In this document: piece after piece, positions 37,201 to 42,567 of the stretch
How positions within the stretch are numbered: position 1 is the stretch's first letter
How the letters are laid out: each line of letters begins with the position of its first letter
Assembly: GCA_048213135.1 (NCBI GenBank)
Contig: PS015020.1
Coordinates: forward strand, 330,430 to 372,996
DNA: 42,567 nucleotides
Direction: 5' to 3'
Origin: Reclinomonas americana ATCC 50394
Taxonomy: Eukaryota
Position numbers and translations under genes: made by a program
The notes under the pieces: generated by a model
The model's input: the letters and a program-made list of their open reading frames with translations, nothing else
Databases searched by the model: none
What the model was told of the DNA's origin: nothing

Positions 37201-39318
37201 GTCAATGTCCTCCTCTGCTTCCTCGTCCGCCTCGGCGGCAGCCACACCATTTGTCGGCGACGACACAGATCTCGAACCCGAAGGGGCGGCTGCCGAGCTC
37301 GGCGACTGCGCTGGCGACGTGGGCGACACGGCGCCATTGCTGCCGCTGCCGCTGCCGCCGACGCCGTCGGCCGTGTCCGCAGCGCTGATTCTTCGCAGAC
37401 CCACATCGACCGCCACCATACTCAGCGACTTGGAGTGATCGCGCGGCACAGGTCTCGGGCAGAACTCGTGCTCCTGCGACGTCCACGACAGACTGGGGTC
37501 GGCACGCCGGGGCGGCACTTGCTCTCCGGCCAGAGATGAAAGGAACAGCGGCAAGTCGGGCCGCCACCGCAAACGTCTCCGCAGCACGTTGTCGTCGAAT
37601 GGTGCCGGCTCGAACATTGGCACAAACGTGAAGAGCTTCAGCCACTGCTCCAGGAGCACAAAATGGAACGGCGGCGACAGAGGTCGACGACGCGGCAGGT
37701 CGAACACGTACTCCACATACGACGACAGCATCGTGTTGTGTCGCGTGTTGAATAGGTCGCCGGCGGCCACAGTCGGTCCTTGGCCTCGTGCGTCCGGCGC
37801 CAACAAGAACGCCGACACCATGCTCGACTCCATCACCGCCGCCACCGTGTTGGTGGCCGTGGGCGACAAGGATGAGCTGCCAGCATCAAAGCTGCCATTC
37901 GGTGACGACATGGTGGGTGCAGTGGCGCCCGAGGCACCGCCGACGGCGCCAGACGACGGCGACATGACCGAGTTGCGGCGCGTGCGAGAGGCGTACGAGC
38001 TCAGATCCGAGTTGATCGTGGACGAACTGCGTGACGACGTGGGCGACGACGACGAAGCGGTGCCGATGGCCGCGGCCATCGAGATGGGCGACATGGACTG
38101 CACGGTGGTGCCACGGCGCTCGAGACCAGGTGTGGAGGTGCCGGAGGCACCACTGCCACCCACAACCGTGGAACTGACAAAACTGGAGAGGCCGGTGGCA
38201 AACGAGGAAAGGTCGCCCGTGGTCTGCGCACGCACATTGTCCTTTTGACGCGACTCCTCGTCCGCGGCCACGGCACGTGCCGCGCCGCGCAGTAGCGACA
38301 GGAGCGTGGCAAACGTGGTGCGCTGCACACGGGCCACCATGTCGGGGGTGGCCAGCGGCTCCGAACTGAGCGTGTCGCGGTGCGGCGCCGACAAGAGCGG
38401 GTTCACAAACGTCGACACAGGGCTCGAGAAGCGGCGGTGGAGGAACGGGTCGTCCACACTCAGCGCCTGGCTCGTGGGCAGTTCGGCGACCTGCAGAAAG
38501 GGGGGAAGGAGGGAAAAGGAGAATGAGCAGGCAGGTGATACAACACAAGCGCATAGAAACAAACAAGACAGACCTCGGCCAGAACGCGGAACATGATGTT
38601 GAGGATGACGGGAAGGAAGCGCAGCAGATCGGCAAAAGCCGTCACCTCGCCAGTGGCGTGACGCAGAGGCACGGTGGCGGTGACCCATTCTTGCAGGGCG
38701 TGCTTGATGCGCTCGTGGTTGGGGTCGCCGGAACTGTGTGGCCGAGTTAGGGAAGGGGGAGGGGGGAAGGGAGGAGAGGAGAGAGAAGAGGTGGCTGACA
38801 TGGAGGCACAGAATATGCAGAAGAGATGGGGGCGAAGGAGGAAAAGAAGTAGAAACTGCGTAAGAGAAAGAAAGGGAATGGAGAAAGGAGAGGAGACAGA
38901 AAAGGTGGCTGACATGGAGGCGATGCAAAAGAGAAGGGGGCGAAGGAGGAAACGAGAAGCAGAAATGGCGGGAGAGAACGGGAAAGTAGAATGAGAAAGT
39001 AGAGGAGACAGACATGGTGGAAGAAATATGCAAAAGAAGATAGAGCGCATGCGCAGAGAGAGGGAAAGAGAAATGTAGGAAGGAGAGATGAAGGTAGAAA
39101 GCACAGAAGACAGACAGAGCGAGAGAGGGGGGAAGAGACAGGTGGAAAGGAGAAAGGAGAGGAGAAGGAGAACTAGTGAGGAGACAGGCACGGTGGCAAA
39201 GAGTACAGGGGATAAGGTGTGTGCAAAAGAGGGAGAAGAAGGGCAGAGAATGTAGAAAGGAGAGAGGAAGGTAGAGAGTAGAGACAGACACGGCGCGAGA
39301 GAAAGTGTAGGCGAGAAG

Positions 39319-39368
<50 letters not shown>

Positions 39369-42248
39369 TAGAAGAAAAGCGCAGAAGAGACGTTGTGCAC
39401 GAGAGAAACCCCCGATAGAGCGGCACACAAGTGCGTGAGGGGTGAATGTGCAAGCGACGAAACGCAAACTCCAGCACGTCCAACAGCGGTCGAGACAGGC
39501 GATAGAAATCGCGGAGTCTCGAGTGCTGCGGTACCACCGAGCTGATCATGCGAGTGGAGATGATCAACAGCTCGCGACTGTTGGCCAGCGTCGGCAATCT
39601 GCGCAGCATCAGGCACGTGAGCAGATAGTATCAAGACAAACACGGGTCCCGCAAAATAGGACGCAACTCAGCGCGTACAGAATGCGATGTGTACGACGAC
39701 TTGAGTTGTGTAAACACCGGCAGGCCGTGGATGGTGTCGGCGGCACCGCCCTCGTGCAGCGGCAGTACAGCGTAACCGATCAGAGTCTACAAAGAGAGTG
39801 CAATGTTAGCAAAGGGGAAGGGAAGAAAGATGGAGAGGAGGAGGGAGGCGAGAGAAGGAGGCGAGGGAAAGAAGGATAAGGGGAGCGGAAGCAATGAGGG
39901 GCAGTAAGAGTGGAATAGCAAGGGAGACGCGAGAAGGGTGAATAGAAAAGGGAATTGGAGGAAGCAGTAATAGATAGGGGAACGGGAAAAGGACGAAGAG
40001 AAAAGGGAGTGGGAGGAAGCAGTGACGGACAGAAAGTAAGGGAAACACGAGAGGGACGAAGAGAAAAAGGGTGGATGCGGAAGGCAGTATCGAAAGGACT
40101 TGGAAATGAGTGGAAACGTGGATTTGCGAGTGAGAGAAAGAGGGAGCAAGAAGTGAAAAAATACGCCTATCTCGCGACACTCTTTCTCCATTCCCCGCCA
40201 CCCACTCACCTTGTGTCCCGGTGTCCACAAAAACACATTCTTCGACACGCCACGCTTCTTCGGCACATTGTAGATGAGGAACAGCAGGTGATGCTGACCC
40301 GAGGTGGTGACCAGCGGCATGGACACGCGAAATTCGTCGCGGAATGCGGGATTCTGCGAGAAGAAGAAGGTGAGTTTCTACCACACAAAGCACCGACAAT
40401 ACAGCGTTTGATCCAACCTGACTCCTGTAGTGAACCTGCAATGCAACATACGGACGTGAGTACGCGACGAAACAAACAAGACACAAAGAGAGATAGAGAG
40501 AGAATCACGCACATGTGTCTGCGCGCAATTGGTCAGCAGCGGCGCTCCGTGCTTGGTGTAAATGTTGTGCAGGATGCCGGGGAGCGAAAAGATTTCGCGA
40601 TCAGTCGGGTAGAGGCCAAGTGTGCCGCGCGGCAGCACATCAGTGTCACGATACAGCATCTGCGTGCCACCAATCGTCGCACAATTAAACTCTCTCACCG
40701 CAAATCACCCTCTCTCCCACTCCCACGCACCTTGACCAACACACTCTTGACGCCCTGCATGCCGGTCAACCGCACGGTCCGCGGGTACACAAACAAGTCG
40801 TTCACGTAGTTGAAGGTGGGGACGCGCGGTGCATACAGCGGCATCTCCACCACGCTGCGGAAGCTGCGCAACAAACGCTCCTCCAGCGCAAATCGCAAGT
40901 AGTGCGTGTCGATCTCGCGAGGCACGTCGGCCGGCAACAGCCCCTCTTGGCGCAGCGACAACGCCACCATCTCGGTCGACGGCTCAATGCCCTCGGCAAA
41001 GTCGACCAGGCCAGTGAGACCCACGGACAGGCCGCGTCGATTGAGCACACGCGCCGCCGGCACAATGGTGATCTCCTCGTTGGGCTCCAATCCAGCATTC
41101 ACATCGTCGTCCTCCACGTCGGCACGCAGCGGGGTGATGTTGAGCAGAATGTGCCCCGGCAGCACAGTGAGACCGGCACCCTGTCGTTTCACCGCGTCGC
41201 ACACGTCGAATGGGCGGCTCTCGTCGGCCGATGGCACCTGGCAGTGAGAGTGAGGGATCACCACCACATACACAGAAAAAATGAGCGAGAGAGAGAGTAC
41301 CTCGTAAAGCGGCTCCAGTTTGAAGAGTCCCTCACGAACGTGCAACGCCTCCAGATCCGACCGCACAATCACCGACGTGCGGCGGTCTGACTCGGCCAGC
41401 CCCGACATGTCCTCCTCGTCCTCCCTGCGCGCGACAAAACGAATGGTCAATGGCGGGGGATATGACACGCGCGCACCGCTTCAAATAATGTACCTGTCGG
41501 TGCGGATGAGGCGGAGGGATGTCCACGCGAAGGGCTCGCGGAACTGCGAGAAGAAGCGCCTTTGCTCCTTGTGCTTGAAGTCGACCATCCTGGGAGGTGA
41601 GAAGGAGTATGAGTGGATCACCAGCAGGCTCTGTGAATCTCTCCATTGCACGCAACTCTCGATCGAGATCGTTGCGTGGCTGGTACGGCACGAGCGAGAT
41701 CGAGTGCGGCGCACCGTGCAGCACTCGCTCCAACCACACCACCAACACCACACGCGCAGTCGGCTCCGACAACGTGAACAGCGCACGTGCGCTCACGGGC
41801 GACCGTGAATCGCTGCCAAACTCGTAGCCACCCTCCGACGGAGGAAGAGCAGCCATGTGCTGTGACGAGAAACATATACTGTGAGAAAAGTGCGAGAAAC
41901 AGTCGGGGGTGGAGGAAAGAAAAGGACCTTGGCGCTGTTCAGCTGAAAGTGAAACGTCTCCGACAGCTTCTTCTTGGTGATGACATCGTACAGAGCAGCA
42001 CCGCAGAAAATGGCCTCCAAGTCACCGGCGTCGAAACGCACACGATTGAAGGAGATCAGCAGCTTGGTGCAGCTGAGGAAATGAAATCAGCAAGACGCTG
42101 TCTTTCTATTGTATGCAGATCAAAAGGACGCAACGTGTTGAGGGCATACGGCGGCAGCAGTCGCCGGTTGCACAGCAGCGACTCGGCGAGAATCGGAGGC
42201 GCCTCGTACGGGTTGAACAGCTGGAATAGCGGCAATGAAGGTGAAAGC
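32150..42248 (-). CDS. Zizimin/DOCK-C/D-type N-terminal, C2 (DHR-1) and ARM scaffold fused to REM + CDC25 RasGEF domain (multi-exon, probably 5' partial)
   Basis: DOCK motifs: EAIFCGAALYD..KKKLSETFHFQLN, WLERVLHG, FREPFAW, YVNDLFVYP, HHLLFLIYNV, IGYAVLPL, STRMISSV, FLPVILNIMF, YSWFMFDLIAKS, QLEFLRVV, KHDLDARY..RVARLYIPL. RasGEF motifs: AGTVEKLIEKL, FLLTYRWFTTP, ELARQLTL, LHNFSTLLAI..GL, IPFVGSFL, VNFFK, SLRCEPR. Confidence 0.85.
38785..39040. repeat. Intronic ~114-bp imperfect duplication
   Basis: GTGGCTGACATGGAGGC...GGGGGCGAAGGAGGAAA at 38791 and 38905; partial third copy near 39011. Confidence 0.75.
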
Positions 42249-42288
42249 TGCATTGTCAATAGGGGAGATGTGTGAGCAACGCGGAAAA

Positions 42289-42567
<279 letters not shown>

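Noticed and set aside
37589-38248. Long antisense ORFs here and throughout the window
   Set aside because: Shadows of GC-rich coding exons on the opposite strand with no recognisable motifs
36886-39609. 907-aa ORF with a long Leu/Ser/Phe 'membrane' segment
   Set aside because: The hydrophobic part is read-through of a stop-poor CT-rich intron

Overview
Compact, GC-rich, intron-dense eukaryotic DNA, probably from a protist. Most introns are about 55-90 nt, GT-AG. The window has two N gaps and CT/GA microsatellites. Manual splicing gives five genes. (1) A 5'-truncated NACHT-pentapeptide-WD40 STAND protein ending in a PH domain. (2) A small protein with a CxxC...CxxC HNH-like fold and a Lys-rich tail. 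(3, 4) Two giant paralogous polycystin-1-like receptors arranged tail-to-tail with only 48 nt between their stops; both have CUB-REJ-GAIN/GPS-~5TM, one led by 13 FN3-like repeats and the other by an NHL-like propeller. (5) A 5'-truncated zizimin/DOCK-type scaffold whose C-terminus is a REM+CDC25 RasGEF rather than DHR-2. A recurrent shifted 5' splice site, GTTGCG(T), occurs at least 16 times. All gene models are by-eye predictions without transcript evidence or database searches.
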